This document shows, piece by piece, positions 26,436 to 39,320 of a stretch of DNA of 58,044 bases. The stretch comes from Octopus bimaculoides (Eukaryota), in the NCBI RefSeq assembly GCF_001194135.2, contig NC_068982.1:102017289-102075332 (forward strand). The letters run 5' to 3'. Every line of letters begins with the position of its first letter. Positions within the stretch are counted from its first letter, which is position 1. A program made the translations under genes and the position numbers. The notes under the pieces were generated by a model. It saw only the letters and a program-made list of their open reading frames with translations, was not told where the DNA came from and did no database searches.

Positions 26436-26880
26436 TATTTCTTTATTAACTACAAACGGTCGACAAAAAATTGAAGACGTTACAGGGCTATTTATTGTAG
26501 CATTTCATTTAAAAATGAACATGTAAAAATCGGATATTAAAATCAAAACAAAAAAAAAACAATTTCAAAGAGAAATTCTTCCAAAGGGAGAAGGGACATC
26601 CGGGTGTTACACGTGGAACCACTCATTCCCACACACAGATACACACAAACCATGAACACCTGAACTGCTAAAGCAAAGTTTTCTCACCCAGCTATCCCCT
26701 CTAACATACACGTGCATATTCAGAGGAGGCTCGTTCACTCGGAACATGCTCACCACTCACTTTTCTGTGAAGCATTACTTCTCTCTCCAGTCTCTATTTC
26801 CTTTTCATCTGAAACTTGTAGAAGTTGATGCCAGCTTGATCATAGAAGGCATTTATCTTACACCTTTTAATGAAATTTAG
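26436..26880 (-). mobile_element. L1/Tx1-type LINE 3' end (ORF2 C-terminus plus 3' UTR)
   Basis: Minus strand GINFYKFQMKRK*RLERE aligns with LINFFKYHLKRKVRIERQ at 53105-53160; ends taataaagaaata. Confidence 0.65.
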
Positions 26881-27011
26881 TAAGCAACATCTTATACCGG
26901 AATGTAAAGAATTCGAACAACTTCTGCAAAGCAAGTTTTCTAACCCTCAAATAATCCTACTGGATAGTTGCCTTAATTGTCTCTAGTTTCAGCAGAAACT
27001 TTCGGAGCTAT

Positions 27012-27281
27012 GACATGGTTGAACAATCAATCCCAACCAGTCGTGGTTCGCGGTACGGCTTGTACTATTCATCATTTCGATCGCTGAATACAAAACGGCT
27101 CACGAAACTTGTTTGGGTGATTTTCCTGAGTCATAATCTCACTCTTGTATGTGAATCCTATTTCCAGGTGAGTGGACCAAAGCAACATGAAACGAAGTGT
27201 TTGCTTAAGAACACAACCTACACTCTGTCTGACAATCAAAACCACAATCTCGCAGTATTGAGTGCAACACCCTAAACACTA
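27012..27281 (-). mobile_element. SINE family D
   Basis: tRNA-like head on the minus strand (tagtgtttagggtgttgcactc); body shared with 22430-22700. Confidence 0.7.
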
Positions 27282-27294
27282 CCTTCATCACCAG

Positions 27295-27480
27295 TAAATT
27301 TTGGAGAAGAGACTTTGTCGATACAATGAACTCCAGTATTTGATGAAACGTTAGTTATATCGACACCAAATTGATAAAATGCGAAGCTGATTCCGAAGCT
27401 ATTTGAACTTAAATACTAGAGAATCAGAATAAAGGCATTTTTTACTTCCAAATCCCTAACAATTCACCCAATCCAAATAA
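27295..27480 (-). mobile_element. SINE family B, degraded
   Basis: tatcgacacc..., tatttgaact motifs. Confidence 0.5.
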
Positions 27481-28394
27481 ATGAAGGAAAAAATTGCAAG
27501 AAGAGCGATTTTAGTATTAGCGACTTTAACAATTCAACAGAAGCAATAACAGATTTTTTTTTAAAAATAAATAATACGAAAACAACAACAAGAGCATAAA
27601 CTACCGACAACAATAAAGATAACAATAATAATAAGAGACATCAAAAACAAACAAAAATGATGATTAGACGACAAACGGAAACGAAAGAAAATAGAAAATA
27701 AGTTGATGTCATTTTCTTTGTTTAAAACAAAAAGATCATTATAAACAGCATGCTACATATGTGTCTGTTTTCTGAAATTATATCATGAAAACAATGGGTA
27801 AATAAATAATATATAAGAAATGAAAATAGAGCGCAAGAGAAAGAGAGAGAGAGAAAACCATTAAATATCGTCCAGGACATTCCACGAGACATGAAGTGAA
27901 GCTATAAGCTGCTGCTGCTATTACTACTACTATTACTACTACTATTACAAGTAGTAGTAGTAGTAATAGTAGTAGTAGTAGTAGAACAAATATTGTCGTT
28001 GTTAACAATGACATGATTATCATTATTATTATCATTTCTTGAATTATTTAACAAAAGAACTTTTAAGATTTCGTTTCTATTGAGCTCTTTTTTCTTTATA
28101 TTATTTCTTTATGTTTTTTATTTATTTTTATAGACTTATTTTAATGTATTTAATTATTTATTTCTTTTTTTCGTTAGGATATTGTCTTACTCTAAATCAG
28201 CATGTTTTATCTTCTTGTCTTATTTAGTATTTGCAGATTCCTGAGATTGCTTGATTACTTACAGCCGCCATGACGCCAAACTAAATGCTTACGCTAAGAT
28301 TTTCGTGACTATTTAAATACTATTTGAGACACCAGAGTTTGTAAATTTCGAATTCGCAAGATAAACTTCGAATCATAAATAATTTCATTTATAG

Positions 28395-28457
28395 CTTCTA
28401 AAGGCGAAGGCTGGGTTGGCAGTGGCCGCTATCAGCAATACGAAGAAGTACACTGCG
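28395..28457 (+). CDS. Candidate 63-nt exon (unverified)
   Basis: tttcatttatag| ... |gtaatg; GC-richer than flanks; phase 1-1 reading xSKGEGWVGSGRYQQYEEVHC. No recognised homology. Confidence 0.25.
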
Positions 28458-28693
28458 GTAATGAACACAGTTTCAACTACTACATCATATTAAATACCAA
28501 ACTGGTTTTGTATGTAGTCAAGTGAAATCACCGCATAACAATTTAACTAAGTGAAGAGACACCGTTTAAAAGCCATCCATTTATTCATTTCTTTGACAAG
28601 TACAAGTTGATTAGTTTCCCGAAATGAGAGTTGATTGAACAAGCCTATGACGAGAAACATTCCAACCAAAATCAACCCATGTTTTGTTTTCAG

Positions 28694-28761
28694 GCATCGA
28701 GTGTCTAATACTGTTATCTCAGACCAATGAAGATATTAAGTTTTCAGAAGCTAACGCATGA
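28694..28761 (+). CDS. Candidate terminal exon (unverified)
   Basis: Strong acceptor gttttgtttttcag|; the phase 1 reading (G)IECLILLSQTNEDIKFSEANA* is compatible with 28395-28457. Confidence 0.2.
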
Positions 28762-28924
28762 TTTGAAGAAATATGGTGATTGCTCTCAGCAGGATGATAT
28801 GCCACGTAGAGTGGAACTTGCGTTCTATGGTTATGCATAAATATAAATATGAATATATATAAATAAATGAATAAATAAGTAAATACGAATACACACACAC
28901 ACACACACATCTATAGACATGTAT

Positions 28925-29104
28925 CTGTGTCCAGGCATTGCTTCCTGTGACTATTAGTTGTCCCTCAAGCTGAAGGAAAACTTTCAGGAGAATTAAAGAT
29001 ATTAAGATGAAGGAAGCTGTGACAAGGGTTCTGGAAACCTTCTTTTTGAAGGACCTCCATAAGGTCTTCACGAAGATTTTGGAGCGCCACAACAAGCGCA
29101 TTCT
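28925..29104 (+). pseudogene. Mariner transposase C-terminal fragment
   Basis: PGIASCDY*LSLKLKE (SPDLAPCDFWLFPKLKE-like) and MKEAVTRVLETF..KDLH.VF.KILERHNKRI. Confidence 0.75.
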
Positions 29105-29225
29105 TTCTTTCGAAAAGCGTAGGCGCGAAACATCAAAGAATTTTCCTATTCTCCCCGAGTGTCAACCTAATACACCTGCTTCCTGTTCTCACACCTGTTT
29201 TCGTCTTTTGTTTTCTGTAAATTTG
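29105..29225 (+). mobile_element. Penelope-like terminal fragment with degenerate hammerhead
   Basis: ttcttt-cgaaaa-gcg-tagg-cgc-gaaa-catc-aaagaa, then a pyrimidine-rich tail like 7670-7770. Confidence 0.5.
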
Positions 29226-29227
29226 AA

Positions 29228-29258
<31 letters not shown>

Positions 29259-29740
29259 NNNNNNNNNNNNNNNNNNNNNNNNNNNNNNNNNNNNNNNNNN
29301 NNNNNNNNNNNNNNNNNNNNNNNNNNNNNNNNNNNNNNNNNNNNNNNNNNNNNNNNNNNNNNNNNNNNNNNNNNNNNNNNNNNNNNNNNNNNNNNNNNNN
29401 NNNNNNNNNNNNNNNNNNNNNNNNNNNNNNNNNNNNNNNNNNNNNNNNNNNNNNNNNNNNNNNNNNNNNNNNNNNNNNNNNNNNNNNNNNNNNNNNNNNN
29501 NNNNNNNNNNNNNNNNNNNNNNNNNNNNNNNNNNNNNNNNNNNNNNNNNNNNNNNNNNNNNNNNNNNNNNNNNNNNNNNNNNNNNNNNNNNNNNNNNNNN
29601 NNNNNNNNNNNNNNNNNNNNNNNNNNNNNNNNNNNNNNNNNNNNNNNNNNNNNNNNNNNNNNNNNNNNNNNNNNNNNNNNNNNNNNNNNNNNNNNNNNNN
29701 NNNNNNNNNNNNNNNNNNNNNNNNNNNNNNNNNNNNNNNN
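29259..29740. other. Assembly gap (482 N)
   Basis: N run flanked by (TA)n. Confidence 1.
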
Positions 29741-29745
29741 ATATA

Positions 29746-29908
29746 TATACGACGGGTTTGTTTCAGTTTCCGTCTACCAAATCCACACTCAAGGCTTTAG
29801 TCCGAGGCTATAGTAGGAGACACTTGCCGAAGGTGTGACGCAGTGGGACTGAACGCGGAACCATGTGGTTAGGAAGCAAGCTTCTTACCACTCAGCCACT
29901 CCTTCGCC
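29746..29908 (-). mobile_element. SINE family A head and body
   Basis: Reverse-complement match to 6794-6960, including the uninterrupted ggaagcaagcttcttaccac site. Confidence 0.9.
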
Positions 29909-30726
29909 GAAATTAGTTCAATCGAAGTGAATTACTTTATTTATAAGTGGAACTCAATACAAAGTTAGTGTGTATGTCTTGATATTTTTTGTATAAAGCT
30001 TTGCGAATTTTCCACTTGAAGTCCTTCTTGTAATTGGTGTTTTGTCATATGTCATTTGTTGATATTTGTGGCTGGTAAACCCCAAAACAATGTTATTCCT
30101 ACTTCAGTATTAGAAAAATCATTTTTTAAGCATCAATAATTGCATTTTCTTTATTAGCTCATACTACCAGTACTACGATTGGAAACCATAATATACATTT
30201 ATGTATGTGTATATATGTGTCTGCTTATAAGATTCGGGTGTATCAGCGATGTGCGTGTTATTATACAATATCCAATCTTTTACGCTAATGTAGATTTCTG
30301 TAAGTTATTTCTTACAATAAGACAACAAACTACTGTTTTACATATAAAATAAAATTTTCGAATGCGGTGCATAAAACGAGTTATGTTTGCATAGATGTTT
30401 AAACGTGTATTTCTATATAAATGAAAATATAGGCCGTGAAATATATGATCGTGCATATGAGAATGGAAAATGTTTTCATCACCAAACAAAAGTTTGAGAG
30501 ATCAAAACACTTAGCTTTGAACAGTCAAGTTCACCTACCTATATAGAGCTCTTATGTGCCGCAGTATTTCAGAATTCAAAACCGTGGGCAGTATTGACGT
30601 CAAATTCTTCAGTGGTGCTGGGAAACGCGCAGAGCAAAACCGTTGTAAAACACTTCCTTTGAATCACTACATGAAAAGCTGTCTCTTCAGCAGGCCACTA
30701 ACGGCTGAATATCCTACACATACACA

Positions 30727-30765
<39 letters not shown>

Positions 30766-30779
30766 ACACACACACACAC

Positions 30780-31158
30780 NNNNNNNNNNNNNNNNNNNNN
30801 NNNNNNNNNNNNNNNNNNNNNNNNNNNNNNNNNNNNNNNNNNNNNNNNNNNNNNNNNNNNNNNNNNNNNNNNNNNNNNNNNNNNNNNNNNNNNNNNNNNN
30901 NNNNNNNNNNNNNNNNNNNNNNNNNNNNNNNNNNNNNNNNNNNNNNNNNNNNNNNNNNNNNNNNNNNNNNNNNNNNNNNNNNNNNNNNNNNNNNNNNNNN
31001 NNNNNNNNNNNNNNNNNNNNNNNNNNNNNNNNNNNNNNNNNNNNNNNNNNNNNNNNNNNNNNNNNNNNNNNNNNNNNNNNNNNNNNNNNNNNNNNNNNNN
31101 NNNNNNNNNNNNNNNNNNNNNNNNNNNNNNNNNNNNNNNNNNNNNNNNNNNNNNNNNN
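30780..31158. other. Assembly gap (379 N)
   Basis: N run after (CA)n. Confidence 1.
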
Positions 31159-31187
31159 TATATATATGCACACGCATTATATACACA

Positions 31188-31227
<40 letters not shown>

Positions 31228-33479
31228 CTGTCTCTGTGTGTATAAAGTATATCCTCTCTTGATCATGACTATGTTCACGAATAGGGAATGAAGCAAAAGT
31301 ATCTTTCAGATGTATTTCTACATTTATATATGTATATTCGTGTATGTGTGCGTTTGCATGTGTGTATGCGTGCAGGGATTGTGTGAGTGTCTCTGTGTGT
31401 GTACCTGTATGTGTATGCAAGTGTGTGAGTATAAGCATAAACGTATATCTACGTACCTAAGCTTACATATACTGTTTAACAAGACATATAAATATGTGTA
31501 GGTGTTGTCTATCCGAATGTGTGCATAACATGACTGTAATATGCAAGGATAGACTACTTTCTGAATGTGGGAACAATTTCAATGATTTATCTTTTGATTC
31601 TTGACATGTGAGTGGGAACTATAATATACATCCACATAAAAAAAAAACAAGCTGCATAAAGGACGATACGGAATACTTCATAGATCAAGTTGTTAAGCCC
31701 AGACTACAATGTCATAGCATTTGTCCTAGAAACCATATTCTGTTTTGTTTTGTTTTGTTTTTTTCTTGTCAATGATTTTTAGTTTTAAAATACGAAAAAT
31801 GTAATAAGAAAAGTAGAAAATTCTGAAATAAAATATATAAATAACACAAACTATGAAAATAAATAAAAATATGTTATTTTTATATTCTTGATTTACTTTC
31901 GCTTTAATATAATTATTTCAATGAGAGCTTTCGTCCGGAAAAAGTTGTTTTCTAAGTTAGTCGATAAACAGATCTTGGAAAAGAATATTTCACGATTTAA
32001 CGAATTTAGACTATTTAGCACATTAATTATTTTAATTTGTATTTTTGATTTTATTTTCATACTTTTTTATGTCTCTACTTAATGTCAAATGTATTAGGAA
32101 GACAGGAAAATAGAGATACTTTTAAAATCTTATTTCAAAATATTTCACTTAATATTCTTAACATTATTGTTTTGAACAACAGGACCCAAGGCCTCATATT
32201 TTGAGGAAGAGATATAACAGAGTAAACTGATACTGTTATTTCACTAGAACTTTCTTTTATCAACACCAGAGAGTTGAACGCCACTACAAATAACATCCGA
32301 AAATACTACGTAAGGAGAAAATTGCATATCAAGAAAATAAAACGTAATGCATGCGGATCATAAAGACAGCATGGTCAGTTTTTGGGACAGTTGACGAGTA
32401 TCTTCGCGTTAATATAGTACTGAATCATGCGATAGTACGTACTAGAATCAACTCGGAGGTTTTATTTTGTCCCCATATTATTGGCTCATCGAAATGCTAG
32501 CAACATGTTGGTGACACACAGATGAACTTCATTAAAATGATACTAAGGAAACAGAAAGACGGTCCTTACGGTCACGAACGATGATCATATCTGAAACTCA
32601 TGCCTCACATGAATATCTACGGGGCTGTTCCAAAGTTATCGTATTTCTAGTAGTTATTTCATTTTATACTTTTTGCCTTTAATTATAAGGTATAGACACG
32701 GCTGTAGACAGTAAATAAAACGAGACACTTAGAGAGGAAGAGCGAGAATCAGCCTCATTCTCAATCTTGTACATGGATAATCTAAAATAGTATATTGCGT
32801 TTAATAAGCAATTCTTTTGAGTCTTTCCTACATTTTCAGGCAGTTAAGTGGAGTTATTAAGATGTCCTTTCTTCTGGAGAAATGCAATTTTGGTGACAAG
32901 AAGGTTGAGCATGATTTGTTGGAAATCAGGGGTTGTAAGATAATACAAGTGTTGCGAAATTACATATGCTACAAATAGATAGGCATAGACGAGAGGAAAA
33001 CTGTATGTATATGTGTGTTTGAGTATGCATGCACGTGTATGAACATTTCGTCTCCAAGATAAGAAAAATAAAAATTTTGATAGAATCAAAAAAATATTAA
33101 TAACATCTCAAAAACATGAATACTGTGGCAGGAAACCTTTTTCAGAGCCAACCATAATATATGACTTCGCATAAATGTGTAATATGAAAAGCCTACTAAA
33201 ATTATAAGCACCATGTACTAGAAAATAAACGTGATATTCAGTGGACTGTACATCGTAGGTGTTACACGAATGTCAACGTTAGGGAGGAAAATAAAGAAGC
33301 ACTTATCAATCTGGCACAGAATCTTTTCTATACAAAAGAATGCTTGCAACGTGATCTTGTTGGCTATGATCATAAAACAGAAGCAAACTGTTTACATCAG
33401 CAGCAAAGTATTATCGCTCAAGAGATTAGAATATAATCAAAGATATAAGGTATAAACCGAAAGTAGTAGTAGACAAGAA

Positions 33480-34170
33480 TATATTGATGGGACATAACTA
33501 TATAGTGGCGAACAAAGAGAAGCGTTTGGTTTTGTACAATCATATCACGATGGATGATGTACAGTTAAAAGAGATGATACAAAACCTCACAGGGTTGTAA
33601 GAATAAATTACTGAGAGACAGATCCATAACCAAACACATAAGTTTGCACATATATTAGATTGACTACCAGAGAGTTTTTGTTAGTGTAAACTACATTTGT
33701 ATCCTGGAAAAATTATCATTGAGTAAGTTAGCATCAATAGTAAGTAGGCGTGTTAAACATGTACGTTACGAGTAAATATCAAACAATTCTGAATACACAA
33801 ATGAGAGGGAATACTAAACACATATTCGGTTTCTCCACGAACAGGAATATTTCAAGGAGACCTCACTTCTCTCAATAACGTTTAACCAGATTAAATCAGA
33901 GATTGGACTCGGGATCAGAGAGCTATGTATTTTACATATGGATGACATTAACTTGCATGTTGCAGATTATAAAAGTTAGAGACACGAATGTAGACAGTAA
34001 ATGGATTTATTAGAAGAACGGATGGGTTAGAACATGCGCTAAGACAACCTTATGAAGAGTGAAATTAATCTGGAAGATCTGTATGATAGAGACATGAATA
34101 TGTGACTTTTAGACCAAACGCAAATTTACAAATATCTAGGAAGAAATTAAATAGAGTACAATCCAAGGAA
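33480..34170 (+). pseudogene. R4/Dong-type reverse transcriptase relic
   Basis: (W>stop)IDYQ at ~33656-33670, GIFQGD at 33844-33861, (Y>H)MDD at 33935-33946, then KCAK-like and YKYLG motifs, in RT order. Confidence 0.75.
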
Positions 34171-34299
34171 TTTGTCGCAAGAAATATAGATACATTATAT
34201 TAATATTAAGATGGAGCTAACTTTATGAGACAGCGATGTAATAGTATCAATATTTTCGATGTCTCACTTGTAAGTTGTGGATATGTGATTCAGTGTATG

Positions 34300-34520
34300 T
34301 GTTTGTGTCAACGCCCCCAGGCGAAGAAGTAGGATCTCCCAAGACATATAAATAGAAGTAGTCTGGCCGTGGTAGGAGTGTTGAGTAGCAGTTAAGTAGC
34401 AGTCGAGTAGCAGTTGCGTAGGAGTCGAGTAGCAGTTGAGTAGCAGTCGAGTAGCAGTTGTGTAGAGGTTAAGTAGAGATTATCCGAAGGTGCTAGATAA
34501 CAGTAGCTTGAGACATAACA
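34300..34520 (+). mobile_element. Solo LTR (TG...CA), copy 2, with internal 11-bp tandem array
   Basis: Perfect 5-bp TSD gtatg (34295-34299 and 34521-34525); TATAAATA at 34347-34354; seven gagtagcagtt-type units at 34383-34459. Confidence 0.8.
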
Positions 34521-35189
34521 GTATGCTAAATGATCTAGTAACCCTAGATCCAAAAAGAGATAAAATTTGGATATTATGACATGCCATTATAAATTATAGA
34601 TAGAAAAGAGATAATATAAATAAATAACACGAAAAGTCTTAGTAAGGTAGCGGGGTGAGGGCAGTTTTACATTGAAATATGACAATTCACACAAATATGA
34701 TGTACAGAATAAGTACAAATAAGTATTGCTTACATTCTACCTCTTCTTCATTTTCCCACGAGCTGTGGTGCTGCTAATTATTTTGATCGTATGAAGTGTG
34801 ACTCAGCTTTTACGTCGAGGCGATTTCCACGATTCACCTATTGCTACCAAGAAACGGTAATAGCATTGGTTTGTTGCTCTGTGTTAACTTCTCTGGCTAT
34901 TCTAGACAGAAACCCTCTTAAATGTTCTTTACTACTAACATAATTTCGAACATAATTGTTCTTTCTAAAATAAATGTTTTTTACAGCTTACATAATTTCT
35001 AACATAAACACAAGTCCAGAAATTTGAGAATAGGGTTTAGTCTACTATATGGATCCTTGTATTGGACTGGTACTTTATTTAATTAATATAAAATGCAGAA
35101 AGCAATTTTCGAGCTCATGTAAAGATCCAGAAGAAATATCGCAAGGCATTCTCTAGACGTTCCAACGATCCGACCAGATGAAAATATCG

Positions 35190-35320
35190 ACAATGACGAT
35201 AACGGTGATCATGATGATGACGAGTGTGGTGGTGATGGTGATGGTGATGACGACGACGACGATGACGACGACGATGATGATGGTGATGATGATGATGATG
35301 ATGATGACGACGACGACGAT
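35190..35320. repeat. (GAT)/(GAC)/(GGT) trinucleotide array
   Basis: Visible. Confidence 0.9.
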
Positions 35321-38300
35321 AAAAGAAATAGAGATGTGTTCCCTAGAGATATGCTTGGCAATGCTAAATTGCAAGAATAGGGATTATCCAGTTGATATAT
35401 TCATATCTACATTTCTAACATAATAAAATCTTAAATACGTAAGAATGTTGAGTTATTTCTAAAATTAGACAACTGTTATGAAATCGATATTGCAGGAAAT
35501 GTTCGAATCTGTTTTAACTTGCTAATTTGGTCAAAACATACGTAAAATATTCTAAATTAATATACAATGCGGAATATTCTAAACAGTCGTTGATACAAAT
35601 ACAAATTGAATCAATTAGAAACAAAATACAGGATATGTTTAGCATATTTCAGGCAAGTTAATACTTTTATCGTGGAAAAAATCAATATGATTACTTGTTA
35701 CCGCTGTTCTTTAAGAGAAGTAATTTAATAACTTATCTTACCCTGGATAGTACGTGTGCCTATTGCACGTAGCATATCCTTCCAATGGAATTTGTCTTAG
35801 AACTTATATTCAATGAAATAGGGGTTCATAAAATAATATTAAGGCCGTTATCTACACTGATTAATTAACCATACTAATTACAGTGTCTATGTAGGAAAAG
35901 GTAAACTGTGATGGCTATTCTGTAGCCTATTAATTCGGACATTCATACACTCGCATGTTGGGAAGGGGCTCTGAACGGCGAATACGCAGAAAATCCTAGA
36001 ATAACACATTGCAATAAATAAAAAAAAATGCTCCGGAAAAGAGGTTTGGTATTTTTTCTTGTTCAACAGAGAAAATGACGGGTGGTAGAATTCATTGCTT
36101 TTCTGAAACTAATTTTAGAATGTTTCCTTTAATAGCATTGTTATTGTTCTGCATGTATTAAAGGGCAATTTCATTCATTTAAATATTACACTTTCTTACA
36201 TAGTCTTATATATCGTTGATACCATTTGCCTCTTTCTCCCTTATGCAAGATCATGTCATTTACTCTTATTTACTGAAATTAATCCAGCTTAAAGACATGT
36301 TGCTAGATTTCTTTTACACCCATCATAATTGGTAATTGTTAACAACTGGTTTTTACCAGGTTGAAGTAGCAAGAGCATAAGGTTATTACTAACACTTCTG
36401 GAAAAATATTTCTGAGTTATTAAATGCCTAACTTGTATATTATATCCATAGCATATTGAGTAAGAGCATTGACATTCTGTATGCAATACAGGTTTGCAGG
36501 TTCCGTTCAAGTCACAGTACATCTGAGATACTTGATGACGAAATTACTTAAAAATGATTTAGTGGAAAAGAAACGCAAAATAAGTGGTTCACAATATGGA
36601 ATGTTTTCTACTCTAAAGAGTTTATTCGTTTGGTTTGTAGTTCATTCAGAAATGTTCTATTGCTCTAGGAACATCCTTACTAATATTCTAGAGAGGTTTA
36701 ACATCATTTAAGCTCATAATTCTCAGCAACAATTACGACAAGATTTCATTATTAACGTAGTATTTCTATCTAATATCTAGTCTGGTTATATTGATGCTGC
36801 AATATGTAGTTATTCATTATACAAAGTAACTTTAACCAATGCTTACCTATACATTATAACCAGTTATACATAACAATTTGAATTATATTTCTTCTATGCA
36901 TATAAGTCGTAAGATATCATGTCATAAATTTCACCACTCACATTGGTTATGAAGGCTAAAATCTTCCTTCATAGCTTTGACAAAAATGTTCTCCTAAAAG
37001 GTATTTCTTTAGTGGGACTTGCAGTATCCTGCATAAATGACTACGAAGAGAAGACTTAATTTTGTTTGAATACTTTAGTTTGTCGCATTCACCAAATTTA
37101 CAATGGACGAAGTTAGACGGAGAAGCTACCTAGCAGCTTCAATCCACTCAAAACTTTACAAATGCTGTAGAGCTGAATATATCTACCAAATTGCTTCGTT
37201 CTAGTCTGATGTGAGCTGTTTTCTTTCTAAAATTAGTAATTTTAGAATGAGAATATGAGTAATATTAATACTGTCATTGCGAAATCATATTCATTATTAT
37301 TAACCATTCTGATTCTTCTTCGTGTTCTAACAACTATGGCCAACGCTAGCAAACACACACACACGCACACATATACGCACACATACATACTCATATATGT
37401 ATGTATTTATGTATGTATGTACGTACGTATGTATGTATGCATGTATGTATGCATGTATGTATGCATGTAAGTATAAACGTGGCAGTTTACTGCATATAAA
37501 ACTCTGTCTAGAATTTGTAATTCTTTCACTAACATATGCAATTTTACATCTACTACAAGAAATATTAAATTTATCACGAGAAATATACGTTGAGAATTGT
37601 TCCGCTGACACACGCATTTTTAAAAACAGAATAGAAAAATTAGAAACTACTTCAGTATTTCGTTTCTACTCTGGATATAGCGTGTTTCTGAAACGAAAAT
37701 AAATTACTTTTATTTAAATTTGCCAAAAAAAAAAAGAATGAGAGGGAGAAAAACAGAAGGAAAATAATTGTATATAATTCTTGATAAATATTTAATGTGG
37801 TATTACTTCGTCAGTGACTTTGTCCCTCACTGACTCATAACATTCTCTTTCTCTTTTTATTTCTGCTTCTATCTTACTTTCATAGTAGATTTCCCAATCT
37901 CTCTTCCCATCTTTCCCTTTTCTCTCCCCTCTCTTTTTCTCTCTCTCTCTCCCTCTCTCTCTTTCTCCTACCTTTTTATTTCTTTAACTCTATATTTCAT
38001 ACAAAATTTTTCTTTTTTCATTTCACTTATATACACACATGCACACACACACACACATATACAGATACATACACACACACACACACATATATATACATAT
38101 ATATATTTATATACACAGAGGCATACTTACATATATGTACACATTACGTATGCCTATATAACTGCTTATGTGCGTCTATATGTGTGTGTTTACGTATCTA
38201 CGTGTGTATGTGCAACTATGTGTGCCTTTATGATACATTTTGTTTTGTTTATTACATAGGTATTTTGTTTTGGGTTTCATTATATATTTTCTGAGTGTTA

Positions 38301-38380
38301 TTACAAGCAACGATGCAAATTTTTAAAGTCCTTTTTTCAATTTTCGTGACTGTATAAGAACATGTATATACATTTGTATT

Positions 38381-38419
<39 letters not shown>

Positions 38420-38522
38420 TAAAAATATACCACATATGTGTGTGAATGTGTGTATGTGTGTCTGCATGTATGTATGTACGTTCGTATATTATATAAATCT
38501 AGCTTGAAAACACGACTTTGAC

Positions 38523-38564
<42 letters not shown>

Positions 38565-38588
38565 NNNNNNNNNNNNNNNNNNNNNNNN
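38565..38588. other. Assembly gap (24 N)
   Basis: N run. Confidence 1.
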
Positions 38589-39320
38589 TTCGAAGCAGCT
38601 TCAAATATAAAATTTTATTTTTATTATATAACTGAAACGTTAGAAAATTTCTCGAAAACATCCACCTTCCTAAAGTTACATTCCGGATTATTAAAGCCTT
38701 GCATAAGTCAACACCCTGGTTTAACTTAGTGTCTTCAATGTATATGCACATAACGGTAATTTAACACCTTTTAATACTGTAGCGCTTCATGTTTTACTGG
38801 GTCATCAGAAGCTAATAGCCATTCCTGTTGTAGTTGCTTTTGTAAAAGTTTAATTCTGTGTTGCTGGTAACATGTCCATTAAAGTCCAAATTTGTTCCGA
38901 GTTGTTTTTTTTATGCTTTTTTTTAATGAAAGTGGCTCCCGTTATATTTGTACGTTACGTACTCGTAGCTAAGATAGAGCTTCCGAACTTCCTAAAGATA
39001 AAAATCTATCTAAACTCATAAAATTTCTGATGAATTTTTTTCTTTTAATTTCGTTTTTGTATTTGGTTTGCAAGATTCTAGTTGTAAATTCGGGTGTTGA
39101 AGCAAATTTTGTTAATCTAGGGAGAGTCATTACGCCAATAATGATAATAACACGCACAGGTTCAATTTCACTTCTTTATTATTAGTCAATTGGTTGAATG
39201 TCTATCCAACTAAGTTGTTAGTTGGATGGATATTCTGACAATTGTGTAGTAATAAAGAAGTGAAATTGGACCTGTGCGAGTGTAATAACTGGTGTAATGA
39301 CTCTTCCAAATTATAAAAAC
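38589..39320 (-). mobile_element. Probable Penelope-like element fragment with foldback end
   Basis: Degenerate hammerhead at 38780-38814 (-); ~105-bp inverted repeat at 39107-39319; broken ORF fragments. Confidence 0.4.

Noticed and set aside
32618-32660. tacggggctgttccaaag as a mariner TIR
   Set aside because: No partner TIR or internal homology found.
34383-34459. Short direct repeats as a possible CRISPR array
   Set aside because: 11-bp tandem units with no spacers, inside a eukaryotic LTR.
34760-34860. CGAANYFDRMKC as a RanBP2-type zinc finger
   Set aside because: First and last cysteines absent; no convincing acceptor or start.
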